DNA from: Klebsormidium nitens
Lineage: Eukaryota; Plantae; Klebsormidiophyceae
DNA: 64,000 nt
NCBI GenBank assembly: GCA_000708835.1
Contig: DF237095.1
Span: 109,447 to 173,446, forward strand
Direction: 5' to 3'
The position numbers were made by a program, and so were the translations under genes. Positions 12,601 to 22,119 of the stretch are shown here, one piece after another. The notes under the pieces were generated by a model, which saw only the letters and a program-made list of their open reading frames with translations, had not been told where the DNA came from and made no database searches. The first letter of the stretch is position 1. The number at the start of each line of letters is the position of its first letter.

Positions 12601-15600
12601 TATTACCGTAAAGTCCGCAGGAGTCAGTCACTCACTGCAACAACAAAAACGTTCCCTAAAACGATTCACCGCCCACTCTGCTCTTAACCGTTGTTTGAAC
12701 CAAGACTTGACCCGCTTTTCCAGGGCTTGCGTCGCAGCATCATACCGTGCCACTGCTACTTCCTACATACAGGCGGGCATGTCACAGCAGCGAAGGACTT
12801 AATAGCCCCTCGCTATATCACGGCGCTATTTGATGATTAGTCTGTCACCCTACCCCAACTTACCCCTTCATTGACCAAAGCCAGAACCCACCTTTTTTCA
12901 GGGTTTGTAAGTCAACATCATGACGTGAACGTCGCCTTTTCTTACTACGGGCAGGCAGGCGTGTGACTTGTCAGGAACGGCGAAGAACTTCAGCACACCG
13001 AGGACGTTCAATAAAACTTTCCTAACCTGCTTTTCCTCAACCTTAACTTATATTGACAGAGCGTTAACCCTCTTTTTCAGGGCTTGTACCACCAACATTA
13101 TGACGTGGACGTCGCTGCTGTTTCACTACGGGCAGGCAGATATGCTGGATGAGGCAGAGGCACTCACTTAATAAGCAGGACGTTGTATTAAGGTGAAATC
13201 ACCCTGTAAGCCACTTTGAATTCCTTTTTCACTTGTCACTGACCAAAACGGTACCCACCTGTTTTCAGGGCTTGTACCCCAACATCATGACCTGGACGTC
13301 GCTGCTGTTCCACTACGGGCAGTCGGGCATGCTGGAGGAGGCGAAGGACGTGCTCATACGTATGGAAGATGCGGGGTGCCGGCCCAACCAGGCCACCTAC
13401 ACGTCGCTCATCCAGGCCTTCATGAAGGCGATTCGGTAAGTCGCGGGTCCTAAGGAGTGTGTAGAGGTTGGTGTTCTGGGCTGCTGAGATTCATTAGGGG
13501 TCTGTCAGATCTGCTTCTTGGGCTCCTAAGGCAGTTGCACGATTGTGACTCGTGTACTCCAAACGCCAAGTACTAGGACGTACTCTCCCTTTTTGAGGCG
13601 ATGGAGGAAAACTCTCCGCAGTCAAACAAGGTTGCGTGCCTGCGCGTGCTGCGGGCGCTGGTGGCGCATCAGAAGTCCCAGAATCTCAATACCTGACACC
13701 ATCTGGGTATTCTACCAACCATTCCTCTAAAATAGGACGTGGTCTCGGTCTACGAAGTCATGAACGAGGACGCAGTCCGGCCGGACGAAGTTGCGCAGCT
13801 TCGCGCGTCGCGCCCGCTGGTGATCATTGGCGCATCAGAACCTCCAATAGCTGACCCTCAGAACGTCACGGATCAAATCATTGGATCAAGTCCTCGCAGG
13901 TACGAGGACGTGCTCACAGTCTTCGAGGCCATGAAGGAAGGGCTCGGTGCAACTAGACCAGGTCGCGTATTTGTGCGTGTGCACTCGTTGACTGACATCG
14001 GCCCTACGGAAGTCCCAAAATTGATACCCCTAGACCCTCTCTATTAAGTTTTCGGAACCATTCTTTCCAGGTACGAAGACGTGCTCATCGTCTTTGAAGC
14101 CATGAAGGAAGACTCGGGTCCAACTTGACGAAGTAGCGTACCTGTGCGTGCTGCGGCCCATCAAAAAAATGAAACCGCAATACCCCCACATTTTTCCATT
14201 AACCTTGTAACGCATCCTCTCAGGTACGAGGACGTGCTCACCGTTTTCGAGGCCATGAAGGAAGACGCACTTCAGCCAGACGAGGTGGCTTACCTGTGCG
14301 CGCTGCGCGCGCTGGTCGACAGCGGCGTGTCAGATCATGAAGGATACGCCCAGATCCTCTCATCTATTTTTTACGCCTTTTCTCAGGTACGAGGACGTGC
14401 TCACCATTTCCGAGGCGATAAAAGAAGACGCAGTTCAGCCGGACGAAGTAGTTTACCTAGGCGGCTACACCTCCTGGTGATTGCCAGCGCACAAGAAGTC
14501 CCCAGACTATGGGATTCTTCAACTCTTGCTAATCAGCCTCTGGACGCTTCCTTGCAGGTACGAAGACGTGCTCACCGTTTTCGAAGCCATGAAGGAAGAT
14601 TCGGTGCAGCCAGACGAGGTGGCCTACCTGTGCGTGCTGCGCGCATTGGTCGATAGTGGCGCCCCAGAACAGGTGCCCCGCGTGTATGAGGAGCTGCTGA
14701 AAGCGCGCATCACGCCGGGGGCCAAAGTGGAGCTCGTGCGGACCGAGGCTTACTTCAAGATGGTAAGATCGAGAAGAATCTGGTTTTGTGAGGGAGGAAA
14801 GCCTTGTCCGAGTCTTTGTGGGATGGAGATGCTCGATCAAATATGAGAACGGAAGTTTAAAGTGACGCTTGTGCGCCGCGACTCCTATTGTATGATAGTC
14901 GGGTTTAAGCGATGCAGAAAGAGCTTGTGGTGCCTTGGAAAGAGCGGTCGGGAGCCCTCCGGTTTTGTGAGATGCGGACTGTCTGCTTCGATGTGGGATT
15001 CATAAGAGGGGTCGAAGACCACGTTTACTTGAAGCAGTGGGTTCCCATTGCACCCTCAAATCACGTCAGCGATGCCTCAGTCAATAACTACACCAGTTTC
15101 ATTATTTTCATTGGTATCTTGATTGAGATCATATCAAGATAGACATAACACCAGGTTCCTGACTTCTACGGTGGCGCCCTGTGCGAAAGCAACTGAAGAA
15201 AGTCTGCTAAAAGTGTTCTCGGGGTTTTAATCATTGTTCTGTTCAGATCTGATTTGGAAACAAATATGGACAAATTCCCTCGACATGGCCCCCAAGTGAG
15301 ACAGCTTGCAGGCGTGAGTGCGACAGTCGCTGCGTGTAGAACCAAATTTCGACTTTCACCTGGCACTTTTGCAGAACCAAGTTGAGGAGGCGAAGGCCAT
15401 CTTCGCCGCGATCCCCGCCCCGACAAGATCGCCTGCGACCACTTCATCAAAGTGGGGCGTGCAGCAGAACAAGCCATTGAAGACATGAAAATGTGCCTTG
15501 AACATTTCTGACCTTGTTTTTTTGGCATTCTTGGCAGAACCAAGTCGGAGAGGCAAAGGCTTTCTTCGCCGCAGTTCCCGCCCCCGGCAAGATTGCCTAC

Positions 15601-18455
15601 GACCACTTAACCGAAGTGGGGCGTGCAGCATAACAAGCCGTAGAAGACATGAAAATGTATCTAAAGCATTTCTGACCTGTTTTCTGGCATCTTTGCAGAA
15701 CCAAGTCGACGAGGCGAAGGCCATCTTCGCTGCGATCCCCGCCCCCGACAAGATTGCCTACGACCAGTTCATCAACCTGCTAGCCAAAGTGGGGCGTGCG
15801 GCAGACGCATACCTAGCGCTCGAAGACATGAAAACGAAGGGAATCGAGGTGTCGCACTACGCGTACTCGGGGGTCATTTTGGCCTACTGCAACGGGGGGG
15901 GGGACGACGGGGTGCTGCGCAAGGAGCGGATCCTGGAGTTTTTGCAGGTAGGGGCGCGCTAGGTGTGTGTTTGTGACTGGAGGGTTGAGTTTTATGAGTT
16001 CGATGGAGACTTTGTACGGGTCTCTTAAGCTTCCGGTTTGTCGGCTGGACCAAAGCAGTGCGGAGTCGACGGATCTCGGAAGCGGCAGGGGTTGGCCGAT
16101 GATTTGTGGTTTGGATCTTAACGTGGCAATACCATTGATTCACGATGCTTCCTGGCGACGCCTCGGTCTCAATTGGTTTTGATGCATCTGTTACAAGAAC
16201 TTATAAGGTTTACTCTTGTTCCTCCTGCTAAGTAGATATCATCATCAATGGAGAATCAGCGCTCTTGAGTGAACCTGACCAGCAACGCTGACGCGTATAT
16301 TCCGAGGGTACTGGAGCTTTTTGATTCCAAAGTCGGAATATGACTTGAACGTCGGCGAGGCGGTTTGTCAACTTGAAAAGATTGCCCTTTGTAAGAGTTA
16401 CCCATTGCAAAGCAAATGGAGCGTGCCATACACTGCAACTTGACCTACGTACCTCTCTTTGAGCAACCTCCTTCGCGTTAGGGACTCCCTGAATAAGATT
16501 CTGCCCACCTTTACGTTGTAGGAGATTCGCGATCTAGGAATCGGTTGAGCGCCGCTGTGTGCAACGTCGCGAGCAACGCCTTTGCAGTGCGCACTGTGTT
16601 TGGCAGAAAAGCGCCCCTGAATGAAATGCCTCCCATCGGTTTTGCAGGAGATGCGCAATTTGGGAGTCAGGCCAAGCGCCGCCAGGTACCATATTGTGGG
16701 AAAGCATCTGCTTCACTCAACCTGGTTCCCTGATAACAGTCTGCCCGCTTTCATTTTGTAGGAGATGCGCGACCTAGAAATCGAGCCGAGCGCTGCCGTT
16801 TACAACGTCGCAATCAATGCGTTTGCGGTGCGCAACATGTACAGCGAGGCCGAGGAGATGTACCGGCACATGCAGGACAACAAGGTGGAGCCGGACGCGG
16901 TCACCTTCGAAACGCTGATGAGCATGTACACGGAGATGCACGACGTCAAGCAGGTACGGCATCAGCTTGAAGACGCAACAAAGGGCGCCGTTTTGAGAAC
17001 TGCGGTGGCTTTCTATTGTCAGCTGCAGGGTGCTCCAGCGTGAAAGCTTCTGGTTTGATGGCCGCGAGAAAAGGCAAGAGCGCTCATTAGGCCTCCTGAG
17101 TTCTATTTTAGGGAGCAACGCTAGAGAGCACGTACACGGATATACACGAAGTTGACCAGGTAAGAGACGAGTGCCCGTCGCAGTCTGGGCCAACCCAAGC
17201 ATCCTGGACGCGCGGAATTGAGTTCAATCTGCATCATGGACGGTGCGGGTCCTAGCGGGCGACCTAGCTTATTTGATAGCGCGTTCAAACAGCGTCGATT
17301 GCAGTGGCACTGTGACATAATTTTCTTGGAATAGTGGAATAGAGGCTCGCCGCTTCCTGACAGTCGTGTATTCGATCTGCGAAAAGACGAGGTTCAAGAA
17401 AAGCTGCTGCGCAATACATGTTTTTGGTGCAGGATGTCCCTGGAGCTAGCACATGGATTGATTCGTTTTGAAAAGGAAGTATCTTTCCTATATGCTATGC
17501 CATTTGCATTGGCGATTCAGCGACTTGCCGGGGTCTCATACCAAGTATTTGAAAATCGACGAAGTTGACGGGAGCAGAAGTTCGTTTCAATGTCCTTGCG
17601 AAGTCTGGCCCTGTTGTCTTTCCTGGTTCTTGGGTCCCAACCCAAGTCTGCCCGTCTCCTCTGGCGCTCGGCTCTAATATTTACCTCCGCTGTCGACCAT
17701 TTTCCTCTTGAGCAGCAGGAGGTTCTGCTTCCGTGCCCTAGAATCGTGTCAAAATTCTAAGGAAGCTTTTGTAAGTTGTAAATTGCTGATTCAGGCTCGA
17801 TCTTTCCCCGCAGGCGCTGGGCGTTTTCCGCTACATGACCGCCGTCGGCTACCTCCCGTCCACGTACGCCTTCTTCCTCCTTGTGCGCGCGTGCGAGCTC
17901 GCCGGCTCGCGCACCGCACCCCGGCCGCACATCTTCGACATTCTAGAGGACCACGGCATCACGGTTGACGTCACGTTTGTCGACATGCTCGCCGAGTCGC
18001 TCTGGTGGCACCGCGGCCGCCGGCAAACGGTCCTCGACGTGCTCGAAACCGCGCGCAACGTCGGGCTTTACCCCGCGGAGCATAAGGAATCTCCGGACGA
18101 ATGGACGCTCGTACTGGATACGTCGTCCGAGGGCACGTGCCAAGGGATGGTGCTGGTATGGTTAGCGGAGGTCCGGTTAGCATTCGAGCAGAAGGAGAAG
18201 GGACCAAAGCGGTACGCGGTTACGGTCAGCGCAGACGGGTTAGCGGGGAGCTTTGGCGGGTTGCCCATCGGGCTAGGCGCGGTTAAGGAGACGTTGGACG
18301 ATATGGGGAGTCCGTTTGTGCTGCGGGAAAAGGGTGGGAGTGGGGGCGGAGGGCCCAGGCTGGAGGCCGAGGCGCCCGCCGTGCATAGTTGGCTGATTCA
18401 ACCGGAGGTTAAGGTTAAATTGATAAACCCGGAGGCCGACCTGGTTAAGTCATGA
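6689..18455 (+). CDS. Organelle-targeted P-class PPR protein with C-terminal SMR-like domain, 10 exons, ~1210 aa
   Basis: Exons 6689-7876, 8677-8910, 9803-10105, 11343-11570, 11996-12220, 13269-13435, 14558-14762, 15699-15947, 16762-16953, 17814-18455 (3633 nt, all phases consistent). Many 35-aa PPR motifs (e.g. PNIVTYTSLIDSYSRRGRWEDAEAILERMKEEG). The C-terminus has the PPR-SMR pattern 'WTLVLD..S.G....MVLVWL ... LDDMGSPF ... PRLEAEAPAVHSWL'. The N-terminus is transit-peptide-like and acidic. Confidence 0.92.
9008..12550 (+). repeat. Donor-side copies (exon end plus 5' splice site) downstream of PPR exons 2, 4 and 5
   Basis: ~9008-9090 copies the end of exon 2. ~11655-11758 copies the end of exon 4 with an intact GTAAGC at 11753. 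~12305-12380 and ~12460-12550 copy the end of exon 5; GTAAGC is intact at 12534 and lost at 12373. Confidence 0.88.
10120..11342 (+). repeat. Eight degenerate tandem copies of the PPR exon-4 acceptor plus exon start
   Basis: Copies of (cag)GAGCTGTACCGGCAGATGCTGGCGGAAGGCATCGACCC... start at ~10122, 10258, 10399, 10541, 10703, 10874, 11028 and 11179; the real exon starts at 11343. Period ~135-170 nt. AG is retained in the five proximal copies. Confidence 0.93.
12715..13268 (+). repeat. Three degenerate copies of the PPR exon-6 acceptor plus exon start
   Basis: ttttcag|GG(C/T)TTG... at 12724, 12902 and 13081; real exon at 13269; period ~180 nt. Confidence 0.9.
13560..14557 (+). repeat. Six degenerate copies of the PPR exon-7 acceptor plus exon start
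   Basis: cag|GTACGA(G/A)GACGTGCTCA... at ~13570, ~13730, 13900, 14071, 14224 and 14387; real exon at 14558; period ~155-170 nt. Confidence 0.93.
15360..15698 (+). repeat. Two degenerate copies of the PPR exon-8 acceptor plus exon start
   Basis: gcag|AACCAAGT... at 15375 and 15538; real exon at 15699; period ~162 nt. Confidence 0.9.
16500..16761 (+). repeat. Two degenerate copies of the PPR exon-9 acceptor plus exon start
   Basis: tg(t/c)ag|GAGAT... at 16522 and 16648; real exon at 16762. Confidence 0.85.
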
Positions 18456-19035
18456 GGAGTCCTCACATGCACCGCAGTGTTGACATCCGGGTTGTGCCCG
18501 CGGTTGAGGGCAGCCAGTTATGAAGCACCCGTGCCCATTGGAAGCATTCAATGTGAGTTTTTGTCTGCAAGCCAGCTCCTTGGGAAGGCAAGCAGAGGTC
18601 GTCGAGCACTTTGACGATCATGATGCAGGCGTCCATCTAGCTTGATCATTGTCCAGGTATGCGTAAGCGATGTGTCCAACCATGTGCACGCTTGCACGTG
18701 CCAGGATGTGTAATCATATGCAGCGTATAATGTAAAGCCTGCAATCAGGCCGCGGGGCCGATCATTGTGCAGTTGCCGCCAAGTCCAATCCCATGTTGCA
18801 ATCTGGGACTTGCTCGTTTTAAGGTATTGCGGTTCAACTCAGTGTACATTAATTACATTCAATGCAATAAGATGGCATGTGTTAACGGGCCATTGCCTCA
18901 GAGTAAAAAGCACAGCGAGCATGTTTATTATGAAAGTCTTGGCCTGCATGACGCACTAGTATGGACGTGCAGCTACTAGATCTATAGGCGCGCAGATCAA
19001 TCATGCAAAGCATAAGTTTACCTGTCTTTGCGGGC

Positions 19036-20409
19036 TTAAACTTTAACAGGTTCATCCCGACCATCATGCTCCATTGCCCTCAGTTGCAAATCCATATCGT
19101 CAAACTGCTTAGACGGCTTCCGAACCCTTGACCTACAAAACTTCACGAACAGCGCCGAGAGCGGAGTGACTAGGTTGTCCTTGATCCACCTTCGATTGAT
19201 CAACTGGAAGCGTTCGCTCGACTCGGACTCAACCGATACAAAGATCATCCCAAACACAAGTGGAATCAAAAACCACGCGCCCCCAAGGGTGGACAACAGA
19301 CTAAGCCAAGGGTTCTGCTCTTGCTGAATGGCGACTCCGAGGTTTGGGCCCGATAACCTCAACCGCAAGATATAGAAGTCTAGGTCGGTAACCAAGTAGT
19401 AAACGTCAAGCCCTGCTCCAGCACACTGCGCGCTTTCGGCATTGCACAGATTGATCCTCTGCTGGTCACCGGTCAGAACGCTGATCTCAGCGGGCTTGAA
19501 GAACGCACTTTCTTCAGAGGAAGAAAACGGTTGCCGGTACGTTACCTCGATCGGCACTAGTCCCGTCTGATTTGCTAATGCTTTATATGTCCCCACGCCC
19601 CGCTCCACCAGATTCTCTTCTATGGCCGCCTTGTTTTCTGCCAAGAGGACTTGAACTGAGTCGCACGACGGGCCGCAAAACCCGGCAGAACTCTGCCTAT
19701 TCCTGCAATAAGTAGATGGCGTGCGGGCGCGTCGGTTAGGGGATCTTGTGGGATCTGTACCAAAGAACTCCGCAGGATAATTTGAGTCGGCAAGTCCTAG
19801 GAAAAGGTCGATTGTTGCGCCTTGGTTCAGCTGGGAGGGTTGCACCGACTCGAAACCCTCCAGGTCATAACCTAAGCAGAACAAGCCGGAACCAGTCTGC
19901 TCAAACCCTTTGACAGCCGGCATTGGCTCCGCTTTGCAGTTTGAGACTGTGTCCCCAGACTCTGGCGACCGGAAGAGGAAACTAACACCAGGGTTGCTTT
20001 TGCCAAGGTTTATTAGCGTGGCACTCTGGTTGAAGACCGGCGAGCTGTACCACTGAGAAGGGAGCTGTTCATCCACTTCACCACTGGCACCAAACTGCGG
20101 TAGCGAACTGTTTGGTGGTTGTGCTAACCAGTTCCTAACCAGGCATCGTGAGACCAGCCTCCCTATCTTATATTGACCCTGTCCGCAGTCGCTGAGAAAG
20201 TCCTGTTCATTGAGGCACACCGCAATGTAAGGCAGCTTTATGGTCCTCTTGATGTCTGTGGATGTTGCAACTAGAGGGGTTTTGCTCAGACCGTATGCTT
20301 TCTGTATCAAGAACCCGCAGTAAATCAGGTAGCCTGACAAGAGGAAGAAGTAGACTACCCAGGCGCAGGTCCGCCACCGCTTCTGCACCTCCTGAGGACT
20401 TGGCGCCAT
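19036..20409 (-). CDS. Intronless two-transmembrane protein with Cys-containing ectodomain; candidate PAC/TMEM206- or DEG/ENaC-fold ion channel
   Basis: Uninterrupted 457-aa ATG-to-stop ORF. Hydrophobic segments at aa ~16-36 and ~368-392. Ten Cys and three N-glycosylation sequons (N100, N127, N280) lie between them. Motifs: KTPLVATS...LPYIAVC after TM1 and NPWLSLLSTLGGA at TM2. The ORF is well supported; the family call is inference. Confidence 0.75.
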   Translation of the reverse strand: MAPSPQEVQKRWRTCAWVVYFFLLSGYLIYCGFLIQKAYGLSKTPLVATSTDIKRTIKLPYIAVCLNEQDFLSDCGQGQYKIGRLVSRCLVRNWLAQPPNSSLPQFGASGEVDEQLPSQWYSSPVFNQSATLINLGKSNPGVSFLFRSPESGDTVSNCKAEPMPAVKGFEQTGSGLFCLGYDLEGFESVQPSQLNQGATIDLFLGLADSNYPAEFFGTDPTRSPNRRARTPSTYCRNRQSSAGFCGPSCDSVQVLLAENKAAIEENLVERGVGTYKALANQTGLVPIEVTYRQPFSSSEESAFFKPAEISVLTGDQQRINLCNAESAQCAGAGLDVYYLVTDLDFYILRLRLSGPNLGVAIQQEQNPWLSLLSTLGGAWFLIPLVFGMIFVSVESESSERFQLINRRWIKDNLVTPLSALFVKFCRSRVRKPSKQFDDMDLQLRAMEHDGRDEPVKV

Positions 20410-20615
20410 TTTGGCGCCAGACTGTTTGTTCGCCGCTCATGCAATGGCAAGCCTGCGCCAACTCCAAGAAGACAGGCTTTCCAACAAGATCAGAAGAGTT
20501 CGCTAAATCATGAAAGCTAATATTAGTACAGATGGCCAGGTAGTACAAGACTCAAGTATTAGGAAGTGCCAGTGCATTATGCAAATGTCAGTGTCAAAAG
20601 TCTGAAGAATTCAAT

Positions 20616-20687
20616 CCCCCGTGAATTACCCCCGTGAATTACAAGACTGGCTGCAGGGGGACGGTGGACGGTGGACGGTGGACGGTG
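20616..20687. repeat. Short tandem repeats upstream of the two-TM gene
   Basis: (CCCCCGTGAATTA)x2 at 20616-20641 and (GACGGTG)x4 at 20660-20687. Confidence 0.85.
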
Positions 20688-22119
20688 GAGCGGCGCAGCG
20701 ATCGAAGGGAGTGCGCTTTGGGCCTGCGCGCGCTGGACTCGCATTGTCCATGGTGCTATTTGCAATAAGCGACGGTTATAATCTTGCACCATAGAAACCT
20801 AGGTACCAACTCAAGCCCCCACACGGACTGGAAGTACCTACCGGTACTGCCTACTACCTACGATGCCTACTACCTACCTGCTACGACTTCAACGAGAATC
20901 TGCTTTGGTTACAGTATCTACAGTAGGTAGGTGTACCAAATCAGACAGCGACATGAGAATGCATGAGAATGGCTATTTATAACTAATTACCTATTCGAGC
21001 TGGAACCACCTGCAGTTATGGTCTGTGCCTGCGTTCTTATTTATTGGTGCTTGTTCCTATTTCTAAGCTGCAAATATGACGTTGGTTGCTGGACCTAGCA
21101 TCAGTACGGTAATATATACCGGTATACCGGTACAAGTCAGTGACGATACAATCTTACAACTTTTGTAGCTCGCAGAAGACTTGGTTCCTCTACGTATTAG
21201 ACATATCAAAACTTGCTGACGGAGCTTGTGATTGATTTATATGCACATCATCACGCAACATCATGTGTCACGAGAGCTCCTGGTGTGCTAACTGCGAGCT
21301 CAATCTGCTTTCAAGCAGCTCCTGAAGGGCTGCCGCCAAGCTGGTCCATCCAAGAGCTCTCGTATAGCAGGACAGCAAACCAATGAGTGGGCTATAGCGG
21401 CAGGTAAGCCTTCCGTTCCTTGTTCCACATCTCTATCCTTTGAAACAAAAGGGGGCAATGGCAGCTCTGCAGTCATATTTGGCCACCAGCGAATCCTACA
21501 TGACGCTGCTTTCTATTGCTGTCAGACCTACGAGCTAGGGTATACTATGGAACTGTGGAACTGACGACCATCCGACCAGATTACGAAATGAAGACCTCTG
21601 AGCGTTGCCAAAACCGGCCGTGTCAAGTCATTGAGCTGCTCTTCGTCAAGTAGGCGGGCTGCAAACTGGATAAGGAGTGTATGAGAGCCAATGCATTTGT
21701 CAGCATTGCCAACCTTTGGCATTACCCTTTCTTTTGATAAGCGTGATATTCTCCGGCCCAAGACTTCCTGGTGCCGTATTTATTTGGCTGCACCACAAAA
21801 AAAGCTGACGGTTGAAAATGTTCCAGAATCTTTAGTAAAATTTGAAGCCACCTGGAAAATTGCGTTGGTACTTTCAAACTAGTTTCCGCTCTCTGGTGAA
21901 AGTCTGCTTGTATCAAGTGGTTGTGAACTATTAAGAAACTTGGACGATCGCGCAAGTGGCACAGTATAGGAAAACGTCTAAGTAAGAGTATCAGCACCTT
22001 TTGCACTAAGCTCGATTAAAGACCCAGCCATACGATCATCAGCCCTTGTATACATCAAGATACAAACATATTAAATTACGCTTCAGTTCTTTCAACTCAA
22101 CCTTCCTCTGTAGTAGTAG

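Noticed and set aside
10120-14557. Regularly spaced repeats with variable spacers, superficially CRISPR-like
   Set aside because: Eukaryotic context, no cas genes, and the units are degenerate copies of the adjacent exon edge whose spacers are also homologous.
10123-14656. ORF-track fragments with PPR-like peptides (e.g. 10123-10593, 10840-11076, 13739-14047, 14144-14656) as extra PPR exons or genes
   Set aside because: They are read-throughs of the intronic echo copies; a phase-consistent 10-exon model exists without them.
15891-15903. Poly-G run in PPR exon 8 as a frameshift or sequencing error
   Set aside because: The run reads in frame (Gly-Gly-Gly) and the exon phase closes correctly.
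10120-16761. Dscam-style mutually exclusive PPR exons
   Set aside because: Copies are partial, carry only one splice site, and most contain frameshifts or stops. No complete alternative exon with both AG and GT was found.
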